Assembly (NCBI RefSeq): GCF_009914755.1 | Contig: NC_060933.1 | Reading direction: 5' to 3' (one strand) | DNA: 64,000 nucleotides | Origin: the human T2T-CHM13v2.0 reference genome, Homo sapiens | In this document: piece after piece, positions 14,001 to 28,715 of the stretch | Layout of the letters: the number at the start of each line of letters is the position of its first letter | Position numbering within the stretch: the first letter of the stretch is position 1 | The notes under the pieces: generated by a model | Seen by the model: the letters and a program-made list of their open reading frames with translations, nothing else | Told to the model about the DNA's origin: nothing | Database searches by the model: none | Made by a program: the position numbers and the translations under genes

Positions 14001-14155
14001 TACCATAAGCATTTTTAGGGGCAGTTCATATGTTGCTCCATGCCTTGGCTGCTTAGCAGGAAGAATAAGAAGTGGTGGTTGTGCCTCTTCTCAGAAGAGT
14101 TCTGCACCTCTGAACCACATTGCAAGCAAGAGGGGTGAGGGGAGAAGGAGAGGGG

Positions 14156-14198
14156 GAGAGAGAGAGAGAGAGACAGAGAGACAGAGAGAGACAGAGAC
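14156..14198. repeat. (GA)n/(GAGACA)n simple repeat
   Basis: Seen directly. Confidence 0.9.
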
Positions 14199-14271
14199 TG
14201 GGCTGGGGCCTCTCCTGCGTGGGAACAGGCCCAGAACCATCCTATATCTTTAGCTTCATGACAGCAACCAA

Positions 14272-15072
14272 TGTGGTGGTGTGATATATATTTAGATATA
14301 TCAACCGCTGTGTTTTTTATTCAGCTAGTTCTTGTGATTTTTTGGCCTTTTTTTATTCAGTCAGTGGCTGCCCTTGGTTTAGGGGTGCAACAGATGGGAA
14401 TCTCAAAGAACAAGAAGAGTACTTGGCTTTTTGAAACTCATGACAGAAATAAGAGTTGTGAGAGGTGGAGGTAGGGGAAATTTTATTGCTCTAGGAACCT
14501 GGGCTTTGTGTGTGCCAGAAACAAGAGGCTGGCGAGAGTGAGCTGGCTTTAACTACCCATCTAGCCCAGAGAGAGTCTCCTGGGCAGGAGGCAGCAGAGT
14601 TGTAAGGAAAGCTGGGCAGTTGGATGCGGGGCCATGACTGAAGGCTCACAGCTCAGTAGGGGTCCTAGGGGAGAGCAGGTGTGTGTCTTGCTTTTCAGGT
14701 GAAGCCCAGGAAGGTGCTTCGCTTCTCAGGTCTCTTGGCTCATCCAGTTTGGCATATGGCATGTCTCTCAGCAAAGAGAACCTGAGATGGCCCCATTGAC
14801 TTTCCCATAGTCCTAGGGTAGCATGGGAGAACATTCAGAAGCCCCCGTACCACCTGAGAGAAGGCCTCTAACCTATCTGAGAGAGGACCAATGGACCAGA
14901 TGAGGACTCGGATGCAGTGGCCACATAGGGACCTTGACACCTCCAGGACAGATGCAAAAAGACACAGGCTACTGGCACCGTTGGCGAGGCACATCCATCT
15001 AGGTGATGCCTCTGTGGAGAAGCGGCAGTGACGGAGGACGAGACACCTTCTCCTTATCAGAGGAGCACGACA
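14272..15072 (+). mobile_element. Possible ancient Gypsy-class LTR (MamGypLTR/LTR85-88-like)
   Basis: TG start (TGTGGTGGTGTGATATATATTTAGATAT), ~800 bp, CA end followed at once by a TGG-initiated PBS-like sequence; resemblance from memory only. Confidence 0.3.
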
Positions 15073-15270
15073 TGGCTCAGTGGGGCAAAAGCTCTAGACA
15101 AAGGCATAGACAGAACATTCTGGGTTGCCTGAGTTTTTATTCTAAAAGGTCCAAGATGGAGCTTCTGTTACCAGGCGAAAAGGGGGCTTGAGATAGAAAT
15201 GATATAAAAATAGAGGCACTTTATTTATTTATCTTGTTAGCACTTCACTTAAAATTCTCCCCCCCACTCA

Positions 15271-15985
15271 GCTTTAATTTTAGATTCAGGGGGTACATGT
15301 GCAGGTTTGTTACCTGGATATATTGCATGATAATTAGGTTTTGGGTACAGATGATCCCATCACACAGGTATGAGCATATTGCCTAGTAGTTTTCTCAACC
15401 CTTGCCCTCCTTCCTTGCTCTCCCTGTTACAGTCCCGTTTCCATTATTGCCCTTTTTACGTCCATTAGTTCCTGATGTTTAGCTCCCACTTAAAAGTGAG
15501 ACCATGTGGTATTTGGTTTTCTGTTCCTGAGTTAATTTGTTTAGGATAATGGCCTTCAGTTGCATCCATATTGCTGCAAAGGACATGATTTCATTCTTTT
15601 TTATGGCTGCATAGTATCCCATGGTGTATGTATACCGTATTTTCTTTATCTAATCTGCCATTGAGGGGCACCTAGGTTGATCCATGTCTTTGTTATTGTG
15701 AATAGTGCTGCAATACAAGTGCATGTGTCTTTTTGGTAGGACAATTTGTTTTCTTTCGGGTACATAGCCAGTAATGGGATTTCTGGGTTGAATGGTAGTT
15801 CTGTTTTAAGTTCTTTGAGAAATCTCCAAATTGCTTTCCACAGTGGCTGAACTAATTTACATTCTCACCAACAGCATATAAGCATTTGTTCTCTTTTCTC
15901 TAGCTTCTCTTGTTTTTTGACTTTTTAATAATGGCCATTCTGACTGATGTGAGATGGTATCTCATTGTGGCTTTGATTTGCATTT
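15271..15985 (-). mobile_element. 5'-truncated L1 (L1PA15/16-like) 3' end
   Basis: TTTTAGATTCAGGGGGTACATGTGCAGGTTTGTTAC ... AGCTCCCACTT ... GAGATGGTATCTCATTGTGG. Confidence 0.85.
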
Positions 15986-16056
15986 TAAAGATACATTTAT
16001 TTCCTCACCTCAGCTTGTGGCCTAAGGAATTCCTACCTGCTACACAGGTATTGTAA

Positions 16057-16100
16057 GATCGATCTATCGATCTATCTATCGATCTATCTATCTATCTATC
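16057..16100. repeat. (TATC/GATC)11 compound tetranucleotide repeat
   Basis: GATC GATC TATC GATC TATC TATC GATC TATC TATC TATC TATC. Confidence 0.92.
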
Positions 16101-19100
16101 TTACCTTGACTGTTATCTTACCTCCTAACTTATTAGCAGAGTAAAGAGCCCCACCTATTAGTGTAACTGTTAATAAAAATGTTCTTAAGCCTGATCAACC
16201 TTGTTAATTGTCTTTGAATGAGAACTGGACTTGGGGGTGGGGCCTCCACTAGAGGCCAGCACACACCGCAAAGCAGCAAGCTCTGCTGTCCAATTCAACA
16301 TTAGCCACTTCCCTAGCGTTCCTGCAAGCCACTTAGCAAAAAAGAACATCATACGGAGTCCTAGCCAGAACTAGCCCCCTACCCTGTGTTTGCACTAAAT
16401 CTTTTGATGTGGGTGTGGGGGGACTTTGCTTTTAGAGAGCTCTGGTGAAAGATTCCCCTGAACAGAGTGAATGCTTCATTGCTGAGAACTGTTTTTTACT
16501 TCTAGTGGTAAAATAAGGACTGTTTTATTCTTCTGGTGGTAGAATAAGTTGTTCTTTTCTTTCAGAGAAGCTGATGACTTCAAAGTCACTTGGCATAGTG
16601 TCCGGTTTCTTCTGTGATCTATGGGATGGCTGAGTCCACAGTGGGAGTCCAGCAGCAGTACCTTTTGCACTGAATTCCTGATTGATTCTGTTGAACTCCT
16701 ATCAGGTACCAGGAGAAGTTCCTGGATTGGGGAATGGCTGGGAAGGTGCTTTATCTTTGCCTATTTCCAGGATATGTGACCACTTTAAAAGCCATCCCTT
16801 CAGCACTTGAGGACCTAATCAGCGATCTCAATTTTGCTTTTTTGATATGGTCTCTGAGTCTTAGGTGTTAAACGCAGTGAAAGCTTGGAAATGTTCTCCT
16901 GCTGTAGTGAGCCGTCAGCTGCCCTTCTATGGCAGACACGGGCCTGACACCTTCCTCAATAGTCACCTGACGTTAAAACCAGATGAAAATCCCTTGGGAG
17001 AGCTCTGCTGAGTTTAAGACCTTAGCATGGCACCTGGGGTTTTTTTAGTCTAAGTTTTCCTTGATGTCGGCTCCCACCTTGCGTCCTGTTATAGCCCATA
17101 CTCTAGCTATGGAAAATGCTTGTTGTTCACGGAGCACACTAGATTGTTCCACAGCTTTGTGCCTTCGTTTGGTGAATACCTGTTCCTATTTCAACACTCA
17201 CCCCTTCCCTGAGTTTTCTGAGCTTTTGGGAAACCCCCATTGTATATCCCTCATGCCTCCACTGCACCTTGTTTTATGGCCTCTTTAGCATTTTACTGGG
17301 GGAGGTTTAATCCTGTGGCTGTCACTCTTTCTAGATTGTAGGGACTTTGAAGGCAAAGACTATGTCTCAGCTAGCTCTGTGTTCCTAATGCTCGGGGTCT
17401 AATAGCCCCTCAGGAAATGTTTTTTGAGTGGATAAAATCTACTTTGATTTCTCACAAAAATCTTGTGGTACTGACAGTTTAATAATGGTGCGAGGAAGCG
17501 CTTTTACAGTAAGCAGAATGTGGTTGTGTTGAGGTGAAAGATTCCAGCTCAGGATTGGGAGGAACATGCTATCCAATCCTGACTTCAGGTCAAAAAGACC
17601 ACTGAATCACAAAAATATTTCTTAAAGCGAAGAATACATCAACCAAAAGTGGGTAAGGGATTTTATTACAGTTCATCATTTATGGTCTCTTTTAACAGAG
17701 TTTATTGCCATCAGGGATTCAGCAGACCAAGACCACACATCATGTGAGGGGCTCCAAAGAAGCTCTTGAAATTAGCTCGTGGAGAAATTTTGCTTGAACA
17801 GCAGGTTCCAAGCAAACTGTGACACAGAGAAAATTTGTCTTTACCCAGCTCTTTTCCCTTCTTCTGGTTCCCCAGATCTCTCAGATTGTAATTAAGAGTT
17901 TAAAAGTGTTCCATTCACCTCCTTTTAAAGACTACCAACTGCCTGAACACCTTTGATTACTAATCCACGTCACAGTATATTATAATCTACATGCTCGTGT
18001 GGTTATAGCTCTTATAAAACCCTGGGCTTCTGGAGGTCAGGCAAGTGTATCCTACTTACCCTTACATCTTTGGGCACTGTTACGGTGTTGCAATAGTCAG
18101 CACTCAATAAATGTTGAATACATACGTAAATAAAAAACATATAGATTTTCTATGTGCTTCTATGTTTTTGAAATTTCATTGAACAGAGAAGCACATATTT
18201 CCTAGAAAAGACTATACTCTGCGAGTTTTAGACCAACTGGAAGCGTAGAAAACTTAACACACATCTCAAGATTGTTCTGATTCAGTCATGCAACCAGAAG
18301 TGTTCTTGCCCTATAGTTGTGCCATACTTTATAGTTTAAAAGGCACAGGCACTACCTTTTCTCTTATTTGACATTTCTAATGAGCTTGTGAGATAAGTGT
18401 TAATCTGCAAATTTTACCCATGAGAAGATTGGTGCTCAGAGAGATTAAGTGACATCTCAGACAATGCACAGATAGCAGTATCCCAAGTCAGCACTGGAGC
18501 TTTAGTGTTTTGAGGATAACTCAGTGTTTTTTAAATTATCATTCATAGACTGCCAGCTCTGTCACCTTTGGACCTAGTGAAGTCTCTGTTGGTAATGCAA
18601 TGCCATTTTGGATGCAAACTCAATTGAAATGTTTTAAAGCACGAGACTTATGTTAGTGTCCCATTATTCTAAGAATTATGCAGTAAATAACTGGAAAAAT
18701 ATGCCTGTATTTCAGACTTTATGCTAATAGCACACACATTGCAAAACAGAATCACTAAAATACTGTTAACTCTCTTCTGATACAGTCTATGCAAAACATA
18801 CTATACACTCTAAACTTTTCACTTAAACTCAGCGTGACATAATAGCAATAGAAAAATTCAGTAAGTGAAGATATCTGCAGCCTATTCAATTTACGTATTT
18901 GCTTTATCTATAGTACTAGGCAAATAGGAAACTTTGTCATACCTATGTAGTGTTTACAAAGAAATGCTTGGCAAACTAGCAAACCAAATGTGTGTTGTGC
19001 CATAAATTTGGAAATTTGACTTTTTATAACCTTAGGCATTGTGAGATTCTCTACAGTTCTTCTAAATCCTTTTGCTTTATGGTTTTCATATATCTGAAAA

Positions 19101-19497
19101 GATAAATATATACAAAATTGGATATTTTCCAAGCAATGTGTCTTTCATTTGTATTTCCTGAGGAGCTCAGCTATATGCAGTAATGTACTCATATTTTAGA
19201 ATGCTGACTATGGAATAAAGTACTACACTTAAATATGCAATGTCTCTACCATGATTCCCTAAAATATTTGGGTATTGTGACTGTGATTGTGACTTGTATA
19301 TAATTTATTATATTCTGTCAAGTCATGCTTATAACTTCCACTTCGTATTTCTGAAATTTGAAAACATATCTTATTCTACCACTAGAATATGGGCTTCTTG
19401 AGGGCAGCATTTGTGTCATTTAAGAATGTGTTTAGCAACAAGTAGCAGAAAACTTTGGTAAGAGGTTGAAACAAATAGGGGTTGAATTATTTCATAG

Positions 19498-19935
<438 letters not shown>

Positions 19936-20390
19936 TAAGAGGGCTGCTGTCCCTCCAGCCATTAACATTAAGGGCAGGAAAGAAGAGGAAGGGGAGCAGC
20001 AGCCATTTCTATTCCTTTTGATTCTTAAAAACCTGCTAGTAGACTTTTGACTTACCATCTCCTTACCCAGAGCCATGTACCTGGCTATTCCCCATTGAAG
20101 CGAAGCCTGGTAAAGTGGGTATTTAACTCTTCTAGCTTTTTTTTAAATTAAATTAAATTTTATTTTATTTTTATTTTATTATTTTTATTATACTTTAAGT
20201 TCTAGGGTACATGTGCACAACGTGCAGGTTTCTTACATATGGATGCATGTGCCATGTTGGTTTGCTGCACCCATTAACTTGTTGTTTACATTAGGTATTT
20301 CTCCTAATGCTATTCCTCCCTCATCCCCCCATCCCATGACAGGCCCTGGTATGTGATGTTCCCTGCCTCATGTCCAGGTGTTCTCATTGT

Positions 20391-24224
<3,834 letters not shown>

Positions 24225-24284
24225 GATGTTAGTTGGTTATTTTGCCTGTTAGTTGATGCAGTTTCTTCCTAGTGTCAATGGTCT

Positions 24285-25311
24285 TTACAATTTGGCATGT
24301 TTTTGCAGTGGCTGGTACTGGTTGTTCCTTTCCGTGTTTAGTGCTTCCTTCAGGAGCTCTTGTAAGGCAGGCCTGGTGGTGACAAAATCTCTCAGCATTT
24401 GTTTGTCTGTAAAGTATTTTATTTCTCCTTCACTTATGAAGCTTAGTTTGGCTGGATATGAAATTCTGGGTTGAAAATTCTTTTCTTTAAGAATGTTGAA
24501 TATTGGCCCCCACTCTCTTCTGGCTTGTAGGGTTTCTTGCCGAGAGATCTGCTGTTAGTCTGATGGGCTTTCCTTTGTGTGTAACTCGACCTTTCTCCCT
24601 GGCTGCCCTTAGCATTTTTTCCTTCATTTCAACCTTGGTGAATCTGCCAATTATGTGTCTTGGGGTTGCTCTTCTCAAGGAGTATCTTTGTGGTGTTCTC
24701 TGTATTTCCTGAATTTAAGTGTTGACCTGCCTTGCTAGGTTGGGGAAGTTCTCCTGGATAATATCCTGCAGAGTATTTTCCAACTTGGTTCCATTCTCCC
24801 TGTCACTTTCAGGTACACCAATCAAACATATATTTGGTCTCTTCACATAATCCCATATTTCTTGGAGGCTTTGTTCATTTTACTCTTTTTTCTCTAAACT
24901 TCTCTTTTCTTTTCACTTCATTTCGTTAATTTGATCTTCAATCACTGATACCATTTCTTCCACTTGATCAAATCAGCTACTGAAGCTTCTGCATGCGTCA
25001 TGTAGTTCTTGTGCCATGGTTTTCAGCTCCATCAGGTCATTTGAGGTCTTCTCTCCATTGTTTATTCTAGTTAGCCATTTGTCTAATCTTTTTTCAAGGT
25101 TTTTAGCTTCCTTGCCGTGGGTTCAAACATCCTCCTTTAGCTCAGAGAAGTTTGTTATTACCGACTTTCTGAAGCCTACTTCTGTCAACTCATCAAAGAC
25201 ATTCTCCGTCCTGCTTTGTTCCATTGCTGGTGAGGAGCTGTGATCCTTTGGAGGAGAAGGGATGCTCTGGTTTTTAGAATTTTCAGCTTTTCTGCTCTGG
25301 TTTCTCCCCAT
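24285..25311 (-). pseudogene. L1 ORF1 (RNA-binding protein), disrupted
   Basis: Starts MGRNQSRKAENSKNQS at 25311; RRATPRHII...KGKPIRLTADLS fragment; ends HAKL-stop at 24285; premature stop at 25123. Confidence 0.92.
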
Positions 25312-27461
25312 CTTTGTGGTTTTATCTACCTTTGGTCTTTGATGATGGTGACGTACAGATGTGGTTTTGGTGTGGATGTCCTTTTGGTTGATGTTGATGC
25401 TATTCCTTTCTGTTTGTTGGTTTTCCTTGTAACAGTCAGGTCCCTCAGCTGCAGGTCTGTTGGAGTTTGCTAGAGGTCTACTCCAGACCCTCTTTGCCTG
25501 GGTATCGACAATGGAGGCTGCAGAACAGAAAATATTGCAGAACAGCAAATATTGTTGCCTGATCCTTCCTCTGGAAGCTTCATCTCAGAGGGGCACCCGG
25601 CCGTATGAGGTGTCAGTCAGCCCCTACTGGGAGGTGTCTCCAAGCTATGCTACACGGGGGTCAGGGACCCACTTGAGGAGGCGGTCTGTCCATTCTCAGA
25701 GCTCAAACACCATGCTTGGAGAACCACTGCTCTCTTCAGAGCTGTCAGACAGAGACGTTTAAGTCTGCAGAAGTTTCGGCTGCCATTTGTTCAGCTATGC
25801 CCTGCCCCCAGAGGTGGAGTCTACAGAGGCAGGCAGGCCTCCTTGAGCTGTGGTGGGCTCCACCCATTTTGAGCTTCCCAGCATCTTTGTTTACCTACTC
25901 AAGCCTCAGCAATGGCGGACGCCCCTCCCTCAGCCAGGCTTGCTGCCTTGCAGTTGGATCTTGGACTAGCAGTGAGCAAGGCTCTGTGGGTGTGGGACCT
26001 GCTGAGGCAGGCATGGGATATAACCTCCTGATTTGCTGTTTGCTAAGACCATTAGAAAAGTGAAGTGTTTAGGTGGCAGTGTCCCGATTTTCCCATTACA
26101 GTTTGTCATGGCTTTCCTTGGCTAGGAAAGGGAAATCCCCCAACCCCTTGCACTGCCCATGTGAGGCGATGCCCCACCCTGCTTCAGCTTGACCTCCGTG
26201 AGCTGCACCCAATTCTGACCAGTCCCAATGTGAGGAACCAGGTATCTCAGTTGGAAATGCAGAAATCACTCGTCTTCTGTGTTGATCACGCTGGGAGCTG
26301 CAGACTGGAGCTGCTCCTATTTGGCCACCTTCACTCTTCTAGCTTTAACAGTGGATGGTGTCAAGGTAGAAAGTGGTTGAGAGTGACTGTCGTTGGGTCA
26401 GTCAGCCAGCAGCTTACCATGGTGTCATTTTCATGTCTAAGTCTCCTGCAGTCCTGAAACAATGCCTTGAATAGCATTGTCGTTTCAAATGATGAAATCC
26501 CTTTAATGTAATCCAATTTAGAGATGATTACATTGGCCTTGTAGATGGTGGGTTTTTAAGGGATAGGAACTAATGTGAGTGCCTATGACATAAGAGTAGG
26601 TGTTTTATAGACTTTGAATCATTTTATTCCTTAGAACAATCTCCATTTTACAGGTGAGCAATTGGGAGTTCTTGTGGATTAAGTAGTTTGAGGTTGTAGC
26701 TAATGAATTAAAAAGACCATTTTCAAACACTGTTCTTTCTAATGCCCAAACTCATGCTGTTTCTACTCTACCACCCTGACTACTGAATGATTCAAATTAT
26801 CCTGATATGAAGATCAGTCTAGTAGACCGGTGTGTTCTTGATACTTCTTAGAATTTCAAAATTGAAAGTCTGACTCAATACTGTCAGTGACCTTCTATGA
26901 TGAATTTTTTTTTCCATGATAGGCTGTGACATCATGAATTAGGTGTTCTGAAATGCAACTGCTTTCTAAAAAGGATGTCCACTTAAAGGATGTCCACTTA
27001 AGTGGGGGTTAAGTGGGGTATCTGGGGTGGGATTGGGTGAGAATTAGGGCTTATGTCACCCTCTGCTGCATCTGAGGGTAGAGAAAGCAGACCACCTTTG
27101 ACTTTCCTTGTCCAAGAAACAGTAATTGCATAAGCCCTCTTTGTTATGCAAGCTGCAAGTAAATAAATACTCCTTGCATACCTGGCAGCTTCAATGGGGC
27201 TGCTAAGCCTGCAGAGCTGATTCTTGTGGAGAATTTGCCTGAATCAAGAGCCTTCAGAGCAGGAGGGGTTGAGACCCCAGCCCCTGCTTCCTGAGATTTT
27301 GTTAAGGAAACCCGTTGGGTAGGTCAACTGGCAGAAGACACACAGAGATACAAAAGGAACTCCTCCAAGGAAGCCTGAGGTGGTAAGCAGAGCTGATCAG
27401 CATGTGGCCCATTCAGGAGACCTCTGGCAATATGTCCAAAGCTGGATAATAAGAGCAAATA

Positions 27462-27541
27462 TTAGGTTGGTACAAAAGTTATTATGGTTTTTGCTATTAA
27501 AAGTAATGGCAAAAACCACAATTACTTTTGCACCAACCTTA
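27462..27541. mobile_element. MADE1 (Hsmar1-derived 80-bp MITE)
   Basis: TTAGGTTGGTACAAAAGTTATTATGGTTTTTGC...GCAAAAACCACAATTACTTTTGCACCAACCT: two mariner TIRs head to head; TA on the left flank. Confidence 0.93.
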
Positions 27542-28234
27542 ACTGAATGTAGAGTTGGTGCTCTAATATCCCACTACAGTATGCAAAGGCATCACTACAT
27601 CACTAGGCATCACTATAGCATGCAAAGCTCTGATGGAACTGTCGGGACTGGTCCTCATCTGTGATATCCTGTGGCTGTGGGAAGTGATAGCAGAAATGGA
27701 CTGCACTCTTCAGTTCTCTGCTTGCCTGGAGTTTGGTCAAGACAACTTCTCTGTGGATTGAGTGGGCTTGGGGGCTTTGGGGTGGAGTATGAGAATCCAA
27801 GAGGGAAACAGCCAGTTTGCAGCTTTGTAGGACCAATATAAGGCTCTGAAGTCACGTTTAGGAGAAGGAATCAACTTTATTTTATAGTGAGTAAGTAGGT
27901 TATATTCCAAAGGTCAGTGACATAAAATCACTGCTAAGCTGAGGCTCTGCTGAGTTATTTCTGGACCTTCAGGTGGACATAATTAAAACCATTGCTAGAT
28001 GATTTGATATTAAACTGTCAGGTTGGAACCGAGAGGCACAGAAAAATATTAACAGAGATATCTCTTTAATGAGAAGTGATTCCTGACGCAGATAGACAAG
28101 ACAGAAACGAAGATTAGAGAAGAACAACCTGTGGATCATAGTGTGCCTGCACACATAGAGAAACTAGAGTGACTAAATTGATGGGAAACAAGGGATGTGA
28201 GAGCTGGGAGCATAGATTAAGGGGGCTAATGAGG

Positions 28235-28715
28235 CAATTTCTTTGCTTTTCAATAGGCAATATATTCATACATTCAAAATGCAAAAGGTTTGAAAGTGTA
28301 TAATGAAAATAAGTGTCTCCATCCCTGTCCCCATCCACTCAGTTTCCTGCCTTAGAGGCAGCCAAGGTTATGAAGTCCTTACGTTGTTTTTTGAGAGATA
28401 TTTTATGCATATATAAGAAGTATGTGTGTGGGTAGCCACAGTTTTTTAATACAACTGGTATTATAGTATATACAGTCTTCTGCACTTTGCTTTTTTTAAA
28501 AAAAACCTTGACAATATGACTCGGAGATAATTTCGTATTAGTATAGAGAGATCTTTGTTATTTCTTTCTCCTTTTTTAACACCTATTAGAATCTCATTGC
28601 TGGTTGTACCGTACTTATTTAACCAGTCCTCTCTTTATGGACATATTAGGTTGTTTCTATTATTTTGCTGTTGCAATGGTAATACAGTGATTCATCTTTT
28701 ATGTACATCACATGT
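28235..28715 (-). mobile_element. L1ME-type 3' fragment
   Basis: TTATTTAACCAGTCCTCT, GGACATATTAGGTTGTTTCTATTATTTTGCTGTT. Confidence 0.6.

Noticed and set aside
16246-16260. CTCF-like CCACTAGAGGCCAGC (also CATGCAGGGGGCAGTG at ~61607)
   Set aside because: Each mismatches highly conserved core positions; not supportable without ChIP data.
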